Source of the DNA: an uncultured Gemmataceae bacterium
Lineage (GTDB): Bacteria; Planctomycetota; Planctomycetia; Gemmatales; Gemmataceae
Assembly: GCA_963750165.1 (NCBI GenBank)
Contig: CAVVPN010000011.1
Coordinates: forward strand, 1,952,001-2,016,000
DNA length: 64,000 nucleotides
Direction: 5' to 3'
Made by a program: the position numbers and the translations under genes. Each line of letters starts with the position of its first letter. The first letter of the stretch is position 1. This document shows positions 29,515-40,383 of this stretch, piece by piece. Under the pieces are notes generated by a model. It ran no database searches, was not told the origin of the DNA, and saw only the letters and a list, made by a program, of their open reading frames with translations.

Positions 29515-31026
29515 TCACTGCGTCCAGCGCAGCCACCAGTCCAGCAACCATTTCGTCAGCGGCGTCAGTTTCGTGCGGTAGAACGCATCGCCGGTCTTCC
29601 TGAGCGCCTCCGCCTGCGTCGGGTATGGATGGATCGTCTGTCCCAGCTTGCCCAGCCCCAGCCGAGCCGTCATCGCCAGCGTCAGTTCGGCAATCAGCTC
29701 TCCCGCGTGTTTCGCTACCACTGTCGCGCCCAGGATTTTGTCAGTCCCGGGCTGAACGTGGACCTTGACGAAACCATCTGTGTCGCCGTCCAGGACCGCG
29801 CGATCGACATGAGACAGCGGCTGCGTGAACGTCTGCACCGCGATGCCGCGCTCCTGCGCTGTGCGCTCGGACAGGCCGACGTGCGCCACCTCCGGGTCAG
29901 TATACGTACACCACGGAATGACGAGGCGACTGACGCGAGCGCGGCCGAGGAACAGGGCGTTGCGAATGACGATCCGGGCCATCGCGTCGGCAGTGTGCGT
30001 GAACTGGTAGCGCGAACAGATGTCGCCGGCAGCGTAGATGTGGCGGTTCGTCGTCCGCAGTCGATCGTTGACGTGGACGCCGTGCTGCGCGTCATACACC
30101 ACGCCGACCGCCTCCAGGTTCAGGCCCGCCACGTTCGGAGCGCGGCCGACGCCGACCAGTATCTCCTCGGCCCGCACCTCAGCGCCGGGCTCGACGTGCA
30201 GCCCCTTTTCACTTCCCTGGCGCTCCGCCCGCACCACCTTGGTGCCCAGCCGCAGTTCAATGCCGTCGCGGCGGAACGCTTGCTCGACCAGGGCCGCGGC
30301 GTCGCGGTCCTCGCGCGGCAGCAGTTGCGCACTGCTGCCGATCAGCGTCACCCGCGATCCCAGCCGCGCGAACGCCTGCGCCAGTTCGCAGCCGACCGGC
30401 CCGGCGCCGACGACCGCCAACCGCGGCGGCAGCTGCGTCAGGCCGAACACTGTTTCGTTCGTCAGATAACCGCACTCCGCCATGCCCGGAATGTCCGGTA
30501 CGGCGGCCCGCGCCCCGGTGGCGATCACGGCCTTACGATAGCGCAGCGCCTGGCCGCCGACCTCCACCGTGTCCGCGCCGGCAAAGCGGGCAGCACCGAG
30601 GAACACGTCCACACCCAGGCCGCGGAAGCGCTGCGCCGAATCATTGACGCTGAGGTCCGCCCGCAGCCGCCGCAGCCGTTCCATGACCGCCGCGAAATCG
30701 ACAGCCACGCCCGGCGGCACCCGCACGCCGAACTGCGCCGCCTCGCGCACCGCCGCGGCCGCCCGCGCTGCGGCGAGCAGCGCCTTGCTGGGCACGCAGC
30801 CATAATTGAGACAATCGCCCCCCAGCAAGGCGCGTTCCACCAGCGCGACCTTCGCGCCCAGACCGGCCGCCCCCGCCGCGGTCACCAGGCCCGCCGTGCC
30901 GGCGCCGATCACGACCAGGTGATAGCGCCCCGCTGGCGTCGGGTTGACCCAGTCCGGCGGCCGGACGCGCTCCAGCAACTGCCGGTTGGCGGCGTCCTCC
31001 GGTGACAGACTTACGACATCGCTCAT
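29515..31026 (-). CDS. Class I pyridine nucleotide-disulfide oxidoreductase (MerA/Lpd-like, no C-terminal Cys pair)
   Basis: GAGTAG, GGDCLNYGCVPSK, GAGPVG, YAAGD, IHPYPT. Confidence 0.9.
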   Translation of the reverse strand: MSDVVSLSPEDAANRQLLERVRPPDWVNPTPAGRYHLVVIGAGTAGLVTAAGAAGLGAKVALVERALLGGDCLNYGCVPSKALLAAARAAAAVREAAQFGVRVPPGVAVDFAAVMERLRRLRADLSVNDSAQRFRGLGVDVFLGAARFAGADTVEVGGQALRYRKAVIATGARAAVPDIPGMAECGYLTNETVFGLTQLPPRLAVVGAGPVGCELAQAFARLGSRVTLIGSSAQLLPREDRDAAALVEQAFRRDGIELRLGTKVVRAERQGSEKGLHVEPGAEVRAEEILVGVGRAPNVAGLNLEAVGVVYDAQHGVHVNDRLRTTNRHIYAAGDICSRYQFTHTADAMARIVIRNALFLGRARVSRLVIPWCTYTDPEVAHVGLSERTAQERGIAVQTFTQPLSHVDRAVLDGDTDGFVKVHVQPGTDKILGATVVAKHAGELIAELTLAMTARLGLGKLGQTIHPYPTQAEALRKTGDAFYRTKLTPLTKWLLDWWLRWTQ

Positions 31027-31784
31027 GGGTGTCGGTCTCGCTGGATTCCCGTTACCGAGGAAGCAGGCTGAATGGCGGTGTCCGGGACGGCGGGTAGCTT
31101 TGTGGTGGCGAGCGCCCGGTCGAGCGCTTGTTTGGCGATGCGCGAAATGGCGACGGTGACGACGGCGGTGACGGCGAGGCTGCCCCAGAAGACAACGCGG
31201 CCCAGCGTGCCGGTTTCTCGACCGGCCGCCGCCTCGCCGGCCGCGGAGCCGAGGTAAACGTACAGCAGCGTGCCCGGCAACATGCCGAGCCAGCTGGCCA
31301 GCAAATAATCGCGGAAGGACACGCGCGTCAGCGCCAGGGCGTAGTTGAGCAGGTTGAAAGGGAACAACGGCGACAGTCGCAGCAGCAGGACGATCTTGAA
31401 GCCCTGCTCGCCGATGGCCCGGTCGATGGCCTGAAACTTCGGATGCCGTGCCACCCTGCGTTCGACCCAGCCGCGAGCCAGGAAGCGGCCGACCAGAAAG
31501 GCGAGCGCCGCGCCGGCGGTGCTGCCGAGCGAAATGGCGATGGTCGCCGGCACGACACCGTAGAGCAGGCCGGCGCTCAGCGTGATGATCGAGCCGGGCA
31601 CCATCAGCAGACAGGCGGGAATGTAGACGAGAGCGAAGAGCACCAGGCCCCAGAGGCCGAAATCCCTGGCCCGGTCGCGGAGGTCCGTCAGCCACTCGCG
31701 CACCGGCAGCAGGAACAGGGCCGCGACGATCAGGCCGAGCAGCAGTGCCAGCACGAATAAACGAAGCAGGGTGGAGCGCGTCAT
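31023..31784 (-). CDS. TVP38/TMEM64 (DedA/VTT) family membrane protein
   Basis: PGSIITLSAGLLYG, LLRLSPLFPFNLLNY, GMLPGT; ATGA overlap with the oxidoreductase. Confidence 0.92.
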   Translation of the reverse strand: MTRSTLLRLFVLALLLGLIVAALFLLPVREWLTDLRDRARDFGLWGLVLFALVYIPACLLMVPGSIITLSAGLLYGVVPATIAISLGSTAGAALAFLVGRFLARGWVERRVARHPKFQAIDRAIGEQGFKIVLLLRLSPLFPFNLLNYALALTRVSFRDYLLASWLGMLPGTLLYVYLGSAAGEAAAGRETGTLGRVVFWGSLAVTAVVTVAISRIAKQALDRALATTKLPAVPDTAIQPASSVTGIQRDRHP

Positions 31785-31801
31785 GCTGTTGCCTGGGAAC
31801 G

Positions 31802-31860
31802 TCCGAGCCCGAGCGCCAGCGAGGGGCCACGGCAGCCCCGCGCTGGCGCTCGGGCTCGGA
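31802..31860. repeat. REP doublet TCCGAGCCCGAGCGCCAGCG (family C)
   Basis: 20-bp perfect arms extending to about 25 bp with one mismatch; second copy at 50998. Confidence 0.9.
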
Positions 31861-31875
31861 TCGAGAGCGGCGGGC

Positions 31876-32994
31876 TCAGCCCATGACCGTGAAGGTCCGC
31901 ACCTGGATCTCGTTGCGACCCGACTTCGGATACGGCCGCGGCTCCGGCTGCGCGTAGTCGTTCAGGTCCACGGCCCGGGCGCGGAACTCGTACGCACCGG
32001 GCTTCAACCCGGTCAGCGTCACCGACCACAGCGCCCAGCTGAAGCGCAGCGGCCATTCGCGCGGCCGGCCGGTCAGGCGGTCGAAGCCCCACACGTCCCG
32101 CGGCAGCACGCCGTCCGGCAGGTTGCCGCCCCAGTCCTTCGGCGGCCCCTGAATCCCACACGGCCGCCACACCGCCTTGCGCCACGCCGGATCGTCGTCC
32201 GCGAGGTTGCCGTGCTTGCCCGCGTCCGGCCGCAGCCAGTATTCCACACGCTTCAGCCCTGACCAACCGACCATCGCCGTGCCGCTCACCGTCACCGCCT
32301 GGCCCGCCTTGAACACCGCCGGCCCCGCGTCCAGATACGCCGCCGTCTTCAGGTACGAGTCCGGGTCGTTGTTGGCGTTGGCGTAGGTGTCGTTGGCCTG
32401 GAAGTTGTTGGTCATGACGATGCGCTGCAGCCACTTGATCGACTTGAAGCCGTGCGCCCACGGCACGATCATCCGCACCGGGCCGCCGCGCTGCAACGGG
32501 ATCGGCCTGCCGTTCAGCCGATAGGCCACGAACGGCCCCAGGTCCCACGGCGGCGTCTCCATCACCTGGTTGTAGCCCAGCGACGACTGAAAGATTTGCT
32601 TGGGATCGTTGTTGTGGAAGCCCCAGTAATAGACGCGGCGAATGTTGTTGACACGGCCAACCAACTTCAGCACCTCGCGCAGCGGCACGCCCTCCCACAG
32701 GCCCTGGCCCAGCGGCTGGGCGATGTTCAGGCACTGCATCGCCTTGAGGAATTTGCGGCCGTGCTGCTTGCCCAGCGTCTCCAGCGCCGCCAGGTCCAGG
32801 GCGGTGTTCTTGTCGAGGCTGCGCGGCCGCTCGATTTGCGTGGTGCCTTCGCTGACGATCTCCAGGCGCCAGGTCTTCGGCGTCAGGCGCGCCTTGTCGA
32901 GCTGGTCGCCCTTGAGCGTGTACGGCTGCGGATTGCCGCGGCTCACGTTACGGAAGTCCGGCGGGTTGGTCAAAAAGCCGCGCTGGCCGCCCAT
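31876..32994 (-). CDS. Sulfite-oxidase-family molybdopterin oxidoreductase
   Basis: MQC Mo-ligand Cys, WEGVPLREVL, AYRLNGRPIPLQRGGPVRMIVPWAHGFKSIKWL, C-terminal Ig-like RARAVD. Confidence 0.88.
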   Translation of the reverse strand: MGGQRGFLTNPPDFRNVSRGNPQPYTLKGDQLDKARLTPKTWRLEIVSEGTTQIERPRSLDKNTALDLAALETLGKQHGRKFLKAMQCLNIAQPLGQGLWEGVPLREVLKLVGRVNNIRRVYYWGFHNNDPKQIFQSSLGYNQVMETPPWDLGPFVAYRLNGRPIPLQRGGPVRMIVPWAHGFKSIKWLQRIVMTNNFQANDTYANANNDPDSYLKTAAYLDAGPAVFKAGQAVTVSGTAMVGWSGLKRVEYWLRPDAGKHGNLADDDPAWRKAVWRPCGIQGPPKDWGGNLPDGVLPRDVWGFDRLTGRPREWPLRFSWALWSVTLTGLKPGAYEFRARAVDLNDYAQPEPRPYPKSGRNEIQVRTFTVMG

Positions 32995-33030
32995 GGTATC
33001 CTCGCAAAAAGTGCGTCTGTTTCCTGGCCC

Positions 33031-34230
33031 TCATTTTTCGGACACGGTGACGAGCTTGCCCTGGGTGACGCCCGTGCTGGAGCGGACGCGCACCGCGAAC
33101 TCGCCGGGCCGCAGCACCCGCGCCCGCCACATCACCAGGCTCAGCGGTGGGCCGTCCGCCGGCGGCGACGGCACGGCCTGCACCTCCGGGCCGTCCACCA
33201 GCGCCATGCCTGCGGGCAGTTCCAGCGTCAGCGACTGGCCGGGCGCCGGGTCGTTGACGTAGGCAGTAATGGTGAAGCGTTTGCCCGGGACGAACGAGCC
33301 ACTCAGGGCCAGTTCGACGCGGCCCTCGCTCTCGGGGCTGGGCACCAGACCCTGGCCATAGCCGTAGGCGAACTCGCGCTTGCCGCCCGGCCTGATCTCC
33401 TTCGGCTCCCAGTAAACCGCCAGTGCCGAGTCGCCGCCGGCCTGAATGGCCGGCACGTTCCAGCCGTCGCCGCCCGCCCGCAGGCTGGTCAACACCACGC
33501 GGTCGGGCTTCTCCAGCTTCGGCCCCAGGTCGAAGGACATGTGGGCCACGAAGCCCGGCGCTTTGAGATTGGGCCGCTGCAACAACTGCACATAGGGCGG
33601 GAACGTCTTGCCCTTGAGTTCAACCCCGTCCAGCACCTTGTTCGGAATGGTCGGCGCCGCGAACAGGCAGCCATCGTTGTCAATGATGAAGGTGTCCATG
33701 TGGACGCGCAGGCCGACCTTGCGCACCAAATTGCCCTTATTTTCGATGACGTAGTGCGTCAGCACGGCATCGCGGCGGCGCTTGGTGGCCTGGTTCGCGG
33801 CCTTGGTCGCCACCACGGTCGTGGTGGCCGTGATCGTCAGGCCGTTGCCGTAGTTGAATTGCGACTCAAAGCCCTCCCGCGTCTTACCGTCCTTGTCCTT
33901 GCCCAGCGGCCGGTTGAAGTACACGGCGTTGCCGTTTTGGTTGATCTTGCCGTCGATTTTGGGGTAGGCGTAGTGGCCCAGGTGCAGGGTCATGTTGGTG
34001 TCGGTCGTCACGCTGGCCGTCAGCCCGGTGGGCTGGTAGTTGATGCGCCGCGCCGGGTCCACGGGCAGCAGCAGCCCCGGATCGACCACGACGGGCTGCT
34101 CGTCCTTCATGGTCACCCGCACCGGCGCAAAGTCGCCCTTGTCCTGCGCCAGGCCGGCGCCGCTCAGCACCGTCGCCGTCAGCACCGTGACCACGGCGCC
34201 CCACCCGACCCGGGAAACTGCATCGTTCAT
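33031..34230 (-). CDS. Secreted hypothetical beta-rich protein
   Basis: GAGG RBS, signal-like VVTVLTATVLSGAGLA, 399-aa ORF with typical codon usage. Confidence 0.7.
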   Translation of the reverse strand: MNDAVSRVGWGAVVTVLTATVLSGAGLAQDKGDFAPVRVTMKDEQPVVVDPGLLLPVDPARRINYQPTGLTASVTTDTNMTLHLGHYAYPKIDGKINQNGNAVYFNRPLGKDKDGKTREGFESQFNYGNGLTITATTTVVATKAANQATKRRRDAVLTHYVIENKGNLVRKVGLRVHMDTFIIDNDGCLFAAPTIPNKVLDGVELKGKTFPPYVQLLQRPNLKAPGFVAHMSFDLGPKLEKPDRVVLTSLRAGGDGWNVPAIQAGGDSALAVYWEPKEIRPGGKREFAYGYGQGLVPSPESEGRVELALSGSFVPGKRFTITAYVNDPAPGQSLTLELPAGMALVDGPEVQAVPSPPADGPPLSLVMWRARVLRPGEFAVRVRSSTGVTQGKLVTVSEK

Positions 34231-34392
34231 GGCCCGCGTCCTCGAATGAGGGATGGTTTGATCTCCCGGCGATTATAACCGGGTGGTTCCGCCTTCCGCA
34301 AGGAAGGGATTTCCGGCGCCGGCCGCTGGCGTCGCGGCTCGCGCTGGGGTAATGTAAGACGCCGGACGCTGGTTTTTCTCACGGGGACCATC

Positions 34393-34752
34393 ATGAGCAC
34401 CTCACCGCTGATCGCCATCGACACGGCCGCGCTGCCCTGGGAGGAGCGCTTCAACGAGAAACTGGGCCGCGCCCTGTTCCGCAAGAACCTGATCACCGAC
34501 CCCGACACGGGCATGGAGGTGCGCCTGGTGCGCTACCCGGCGGGCGTCATCAACGTGCGGCACACGCACCCCTGCGCCCACGGCATGTATGTGCTGGAGG
34601 GGACGCTGGTCACGCACGCCGGCCGCTACGGGCCCGGACACTTCGTCTGGTTCCCCGAGGGCACGGCGATGGAGCACGGCGCCGCGGCCGACGGCGACAC
34701 GACGGTGCTGTTCATCACGAACAAGCCGTTTGCGATTCATTACCAGGACTGA
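34393..34752 (+). CDS. Cupin domain protein (ChrR-like)
   Basis: HTHPCAHGMYVLEG...GPGHFVWFPEG..MEH. Confidence 0.85.
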   Translation: MSTSPLIAIDTAALPWEERFNEKLGRALFRKNLITDPDTGMEVRLVRYPAGVINVRHTHPCAHGMYVLEGTLVTHAGRYGPGHFVWFPEGTAMEHGAAADGDTTVLFITNKPFAIHYQD

Positions 34753-34770
34753 TCTCGACGTGTGAAAAAG

Positions 34771-34800
34771 TTGGCGTTCTTGGCGTCCTTGGCGTTCTTG
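34771..34800. repeat. 9-mer tandem repeat TTGGCGT(T/C)C x3
   Basis: ttggcgttc ttggcgtcc ttggcgttc ttg between convergent genes. Confidence 0.8.
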
Positions 34801-34848
34801 CTGTGGCAACCCACGCCACCGAACGCCCCGCCGTGCCAACCCGCGGGT

Positions 34849-35211
34849 TCAACCGGGCGCTGCCGCGTCCACCGCCGCCAGCACCTCCTCGATCTGCTCC
34901 ACGCAGAAACGCAGCGATGCCGCCGCCATCTCGAAGTTGGTGTGGTCCGACACCCGCCGATACTCGCGCGCGAAGAACTCCGCCTGTTTCCGCAGTTTCG
35001 GCAACTTGCCGCGCGCCCGGTGCAGGTACTCCGCGGCGTCCCTGCGCTGGTAGCTCGGCTCGACGGCGCGGAGATAGTCGAAGATCATGCGGTGGACTTC
35101 CAGCATGTCCTCGTCGTCCTGCGCCTCGTCGGCGTGCTTGAGGAACTGACGCACCATCCAGGCGTGCGCCAGGAGGCGGTTGATCCGCTCCATCGCGGCG
35201 TCGGGGGTCAT
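34849..35211 (-). CDS. Small helical hypothetical protein
   Basis: GGAGG RBS; HAWMVRQFLKH...SDHTNFEMA. Confidence 0.75.
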   Translation of the reverse strand: MTPDAAMERINRLLAHAWMVRQFLKHADEAQDDEDMLEVHRMIFDYLRAVEPSYQRRDAAEYLHRARGKLPKLRKQAEFFAREYRRVSDHTNFEMAAASLRFCVEQIEEVLAAVDAAAPG

Positions 35212-35230
35212 GGCGGGGGTCCTCCGCGGC

Positions 35231-35827
35231 TCACTGGGGGGCAGGCGTTTTCGGCTCGCCGACCGCCGCGGTGTGGGTGACCGGCGCCGCCTTGGGCTTG
35301 TTGTGCTCCACCTCTTCCTTCGAGTACAGCACCAGCGCAGCGCCCAGGCCGGTCAGCACAATACCGGCGTAAAACTTCCAGCCCGGCGACGCTTCCAGGC
35401 CGAAGTGAAACGCCCCCTTGCTCGGGTGCCACAGCAGGCTGACGATGGTGTTCAGCAGCGGCGCCAGCGCGAAGATGACCGGGCCGATATACATGCGGTA
35501 GTCGGTGGTCACGTCCTGCACCTGGGCGGCGTAATGGGCGGCAGACCGGTTGGCGAAGATGACCATCAGCGCGCCGAGCGCCCCGGCGACGCCGGCCAAT
35601 GTGGCGAAGGAGATGCCACTGACGTTCCAGCTCGGCTGCCGTTCGCCCGCCACGAACATGCCGATCGGAAACAGCACCGCGATCAGGAAGTAGGCGACGC
35701 CGACGCACAGGAACGAGCCGTAGGCGTTGCGCCCCAGATCGCGGATGCCCTGCTGCACGAACGGCACATACGTGCCCCAGCACAACCCCGCCAGAACCGC
35801 GAAAATCAGCCATTCGTATTTGCTCAT
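35231..35827 (-). CDS. Five-TM membrane protein (DMT/EamA-like)
   Basis: FAVLAGLCWGTY, GALGAL, PVIFALAPLLNT, GIVLTGLGAALVL. Confidence 0.75.
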   Translation of the reverse strand: MSKYEWLIFAVLAGLCWGTYVPFVQQGIRDLGRNAYGSFLCVGVAYFLIAVLFPIGMFVAGERQPSWNVSGISFATLAGVAGALGALMVIFANRSAAHYAAQVQDVTTDYRMYIGPVIFALAPLLNTIVSLLWHPSKGAFHFGLEASPGWKFYAGIVLTGLGAALVLYSKEEVEHNKPKAAPVTHTAAVGEPKTPAPQ

Positions 35828-35849
35828 GTGAGGAAATCCCCTTTCTTTC

Positions 35850-35932
35850 GTGGGGCAGGCTTTCCAGCCTGCAATTGAGGTTGGCAGGCTGGAAAGCCTG
35901 CCCCACGTCCAGAGCGCTAAGCCGCAAGCGGC
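35850..35932. repeat. REP doublet GTGGGGCAGGCTTTCCAGCCTGC with an adjacent family-B unit
   Basis: 23-bp perfect inverted arms spanning 35850-35906; gccgcaagcggc at 35921-35932. Confidence 0.9.
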
Positions 35933-35942
35933 AGACAAAAGG

Positions 35943-38900
35943 TCACTCATGCCGCAGCGCCGGCACCAGCGGCGCCCGCAGGGTAGCCCGCACCGCCAGC
36001 GCCCCGGCGCCGAGACCGACCAGCACCACCACCAGCAGCAGCGCCGCCAACCGCAGCCACAGCTCCGCGCCACCACCGCTGTGGTGTGGCGCCACCGACG
36101 CCAGCGCCGCCACCAGACCCACACCCAGCCCCAGCGCCAGCAGATAGCAGTTCTCCGCCAGCACCAGCCAGCCCAGCGCCGCGCGGCGGAAGCCCAGCGC
36201 CCGCAGCAGCGCCAGCTCGCCGCGTCGCTCCCAGACGCTGCGCAACAGCACCACCGCCAGCCCCAGCGCCCCGAGCACCAGCCCCAGCCCGCCCAGCGCC
36301 TGGAACGTCGCCAGGTAGGTGTTGACCACCTCCAGATACGCCTCCACGCGCTTGCGCGTCGGCTCGACGGTCATACCGTGGTTGGCCAGGCCGCGCTCCA
36401 GCAATCGCCGCACCTCCTCCGCCTTGCCGGCCGGGGGCTCGATCAGGAAGAATTTATAGCCGCCCTCGCGCGGGTACAACCGGCGAAAATTCGCGTCCGA
36501 CAGCAGCACCTCGCTCTGGAACAGGCTGCCTTGCAGAAGCGCCACGAAGCGCAGCCGCACCGGGCGGCCCGTCTCGTCCGGCACCTCAATGTCCTGGCCG
36601 AGCCCACTCTTGAGCATCCACTCGACGGGCTCCGCCTCGCCGATGACCGGGATGACGCCGGGGCCGTAATCCTTCTCCAGCAGCAGCCACGGGTTCTCTT
36701 TTTCCGCGGCGCTGGCCTTGTCGTCCACGGCCGCGAACGCGAAGCCGTCGCGCTCAACGAACGTGTGCGGCACGCCGAGCAGCCGCGGCCGCCGCGGCTG
36801 CGCCAGGTTCAGGCAGCTGGCGTCGTCGCCGGCGCGCAGGCGGAACGAGACGTACTTCACGTCGCGCAGGATCGTCCGTTTGGCGGCGGGCACCTTCGCT
36901 AGATCCAGGGCGTAGTTGAGGTCTTCCTGCGCCCGGTTGCTGCCGAGATCGAGGAACAACGGCACGTCGCTCTCGCCATACAGCGCGAAGCCCCCACTGC
37001 CGCCGGTGCGTTCGAGAAAGTGGCCGCCGGGGTCACGGTGGAACGACTCCACCGCCACGATCAGGAACGTCGCCGACGCCAGCAGGCCGACCGTCAACAG
37101 GCTGCGCGTCGGGTGCCGGGCGGCGTTGCTCATACCGAGCGCAGCCAGGCTGCGGCGCGGCTCGTCAATGTCGCGGCGCAGCAGCCACCAGACGCCGATC
37201 AGGCCCGCGACCAGCAGCAGAAAGCCGCTGGTGAAAAACAGGCCCGCCTGCGTCTCGTGGTCGCGCACCGATGGTGCCACGACAATGCAGACCACCGCCC
37301 CGATCACGGCTACCGCTGCGCTGACGAGGCGCCAGACCGGTGGTTTGCGGAGGGCGTCCGGCGGCGTATCGCTGCTCTCTCCGGCGAGCAGGCCGCGCGG
37401 CGACACCTGCGCCAGCGCCCGCGTCGCCCAGACGATGGTCAACACGCTCACCGCCAGCGCCGCCGCGTAGCCGATGGTGTAACTCTGCCAGGTGCCGTGG
37501 AACTGCAGGAAGGAGCGGTCGAGTTCTCCCGGCCACCAGTAGCGCAGGTGTTCGAGCATCAGCCAGGCGTAGCCAACCGCCGCGACGGTGCCGAGCACGC
37601 CACCGACCAGCGCCAGCAGCGTGCCCTCCGCGAGCAGCAGCGTGCGCACGCTGCCGCGCCGCCAGCCGACCGCGAGCAGCAGACCGATTTCCTCGGCGCG
37701 GCGGTCGAGGTTAAGGCGGAACAGCAGGCCAACCAGCAGCAGTGCCGCCGCGATGATGAAGGTGCTGAAACCCAGGAACAGCCGACCGAAGTCCAGCCCC
37801 TGCGAACCGGACTCCAGCGCCCGCTGCCGCACTGCGTCGAAGACGAAGCCGCCCTGCTCCGGCTGCAGTTCGCGCAGCAGCCGCCGCTCGAAATCGGCCG
37901 TCGCCCTGTCGAGATCAGCGTTTTCCTTGCCCGGAGCCAGGCGGATGGACGTGACCTTGCCGAACCGGCTGCCCCACAATTTCTGGCCGGTTTTCAGGTT
38001 AATGTAGGCTTTCGGCGTTGTGCGGTACTTGTGCCAGTAGACCTCGTCCGGCGACAGCCCGCCCTTTTTAAGCGACTTCGCCAGGCGTTTGGTGTCGTAG
38101 TGCAGCGCCTCCGGCGGGTTCCAGTCCGCGAGGTTTTGCTTGTCCGTGATGCCGGGGAACTCCGGCGTCAGGTCGGGATCATCGGCGGCGCCCTGCAGTT
38201 CGATCCAGCCGGCGACGCGGAGCGCTTCCGAGCGCTTCCTGTCCGGCACCTCCGGGTCGTAGTAGCCGAGCTGAATGTGCTTCAGGCCGAGCGCCGGTGT
38301 CCAGCCGGACGCCGGCAGGTCCACCAGCACGATTTCGTCATCCGCGAGTTGCTTCACCCCTGGCGGCAGGAACGGCCCCAGCGGCGGCGGCAACGACGGG
38401 TCGAGCGCGGCCACGACGGCGTAGACCAGTTCCTCCTTCGGCCCGCCGCGCAGGTGATCCGCGAGGTACACCAGCGTCGGCGCCGCGGTCAGCGCTTCCA
38501 GTTTCGCGGTGTGCTGGGCCGCGGTCACCACGGCGTCCTCGATGAAGAGTTGCCGGCTCTCCAGGCTCATGTAATCGTGGTGCTTGCGCTTGTATGCGGT
38601 CAGGGCATCGAGATCGACCTTGCCGTTCGGGCCGGCGATTTGCTTGAAAAACGCCTGGTCCGCCAGGCGCGGCCACTCCTGCGCGGTGAGGAAGCCTTTC
38701 TTGCGCCTGTCGAGGCCGCGCAGGAATTGCTCGGCCCGCTTCCGGGGCGTCCGCAGCACGACGCCCCAGTCGTCCAGGGTAAGCCGTGCCGCCAGCCGCT
38801 GCTTCAAATCGTCCCTGGCCTCGGCGGTCAGGATGGCGTTGATCGGCTGCCGCACGCCGAGCGGCAGCTGGTCGCGCCGCGGTTCGGCCAGGAAGTGTTG

Positions 38901-39564
38901 CAGCAGCGGCAGCGGCACGAACGCGTTGCGCGGCACCGTCGGCGCCGGGTTGAGGTTGAAGCGACCGCCGGGCGCTTCCGGCGACAGCACCGCGGCGACG
39001 GTGACAGGCAGGTCCTGCACGACATCCAGGGCGTCCTGGCGACCGAGCAGACTTTCGCGCGGCACCGTACTCGGCCTCTGCAAGCTCAGCACCACCTCGT
39101 CGCCCACCTTGACGCCCAACTCCCGGGCCAGCGCGTCGTTGAGGACGATCTTCTTTTCCTCCTGAGATCGCCAGAAATCACGGCTCACCGGCGGCGTACC
39201 GTCCGTCCACAGGTCCCAGAAGCGGTCGTCCACGGCAAAAATACTGACGCGACCGGCCCGCCGTCCCTGGTCGCCTCCGGTCGTGACCGCACCGTTCAGC
39301 ACCAGTAGCGGCACCACCTGCCGGACCGCCCACTCCTGCCGCAGTTGTTCCGCCACCTCCTGCCGGAACAGCCGGTTGGCGATCAACACCTCATCGACCT
39401 GCCCCAGCTGCCGCTCCGCCACCGCGCAAGCTGCCGCGCAGCGAATCGCCGACGAGCAGCGCCCCGGTCAGCACCGCCGTGCCGACCGCCACGCCCAGCA
39501 GCACCGCGAGGTTGCCGCGCCAGTGGAACCGCAGATTTCGCAGCAGCAGACGGCCGAACGTCAT
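35943..39564 (-). CDS. Large FtsX/MacB-like ABC transporter permease, frameshift near 39425
   Basis: ATG 39564 gives [46 protein letters not shown], which joins AERQLG...; two RxxE(I/L)xLLxAxG FtsX motifs. Confidence 0.9.
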
Positions 39565-40307
39565 GACGCCTCCCCACCTGGCGGCCGCTGAATGCCCTGC
39601 TCAATCGCCATCAAGCCGGTGACGGCGGCCGACCCGCCCGGCGGTTGCAGCGTGCCCTCGTTCATCTCCAGTTGCTTCGGGAACAGCCGCGCCAGCTCGG
39701 CGCTGTGCGTCACCACCACCAGGATGGTCCGCTCCTGCCGCTGCAACTCCAGCAGCAGCTCGCCGACCGCCTGGGCCGTGCGGCGGTCGAGGTTGCCGGT
39801 CGGCTCGTCGGCCAGCAGCAGCACCGGATGATGGATCAGCGCCCGCGCCACCGCCACGCGCTGCCGTTCGCCGCCGGACAGCTCCGCGGGCCGGTGGTCC
39901 AGCCGCCCCGTCAGGCCGACGCGCTCCAGCAGCAGCCGGGCCCACTTCTCCGCGGCGGTGCGGTCCTCCTTCGCGGCCAGTGTCGGCAGCAGCACGTTCT
40001 CCAGCACGGAGCACTGCGGCAGCAGGTGGTGGTCCTGGAAGATGAAACCGACGTGACGGTTGCGGAAGTCGGCCAGGCGGCGCTCGTCGAGCGCGAACGG
40101 GTCCTGGCCGGCCAGGCGGACGCTGCCGTGCGTGGGCCGGTCGAGCGTGCCGAGGATGTGCAGCAGCGTGCTCTTGCCGGAGCCGGACGGCCCCATGACG
40201 GCCAGGGCGTCGCCGGGCTCCAGTTGGAGGTTCACGTCGCGCAGGACGGTGAGCGGGCCGCTGCGCGTGGGGTAGTCCTTGCCCAGATGCTCGACTTGGA
40301 GGGTCAT
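39561..40307 (-). CDS. ABC transporter ATP-binding protein (LolD/MacB-like)
   Basis: [35 protein letters not shown]. Confidence 0.95.
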   Translation of the reverse strand: MTLQVEHLGKDYPTRSGPLTVLRDVNLQLEPGDALAVMGPSGSGKSTLLHILGTLDRPTHGSVRLAGQDPFALDERRLADFRNRHVGFIFQDHHLLPQCSVLENVLLPTLAAKEDRTAAEKWARLLLERVGLTGRLDHRPAELSGGERQRVAVARALIHHPVLLLADEPTGNLDRRTAQAVGELLLELQRQERTILVVVTHSAELARLFPKQLEMNEGTLQPPGGSAAVTGLMAIEQGIQRPPGGEAS

Positions 40308-40383
40308 GGCGGCGGGTCAGGGGTTCCGGAGGCGATGGTCCCTGTTACAGTATGGACCCGCCCCGCCGACACAAGCCCAGCGC

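Noticed and set aside
29515..31026. merA / mercury resistance locus
   Set aside because: No C-terminal Cys-Cys, no NmerA domain, no merR/T/P nearby
34849..35211. Amidohydrolase annotation for the small protein
   Set aside because: 120 aa with no amidohydrolase metal-binding motifs; too short for the fold
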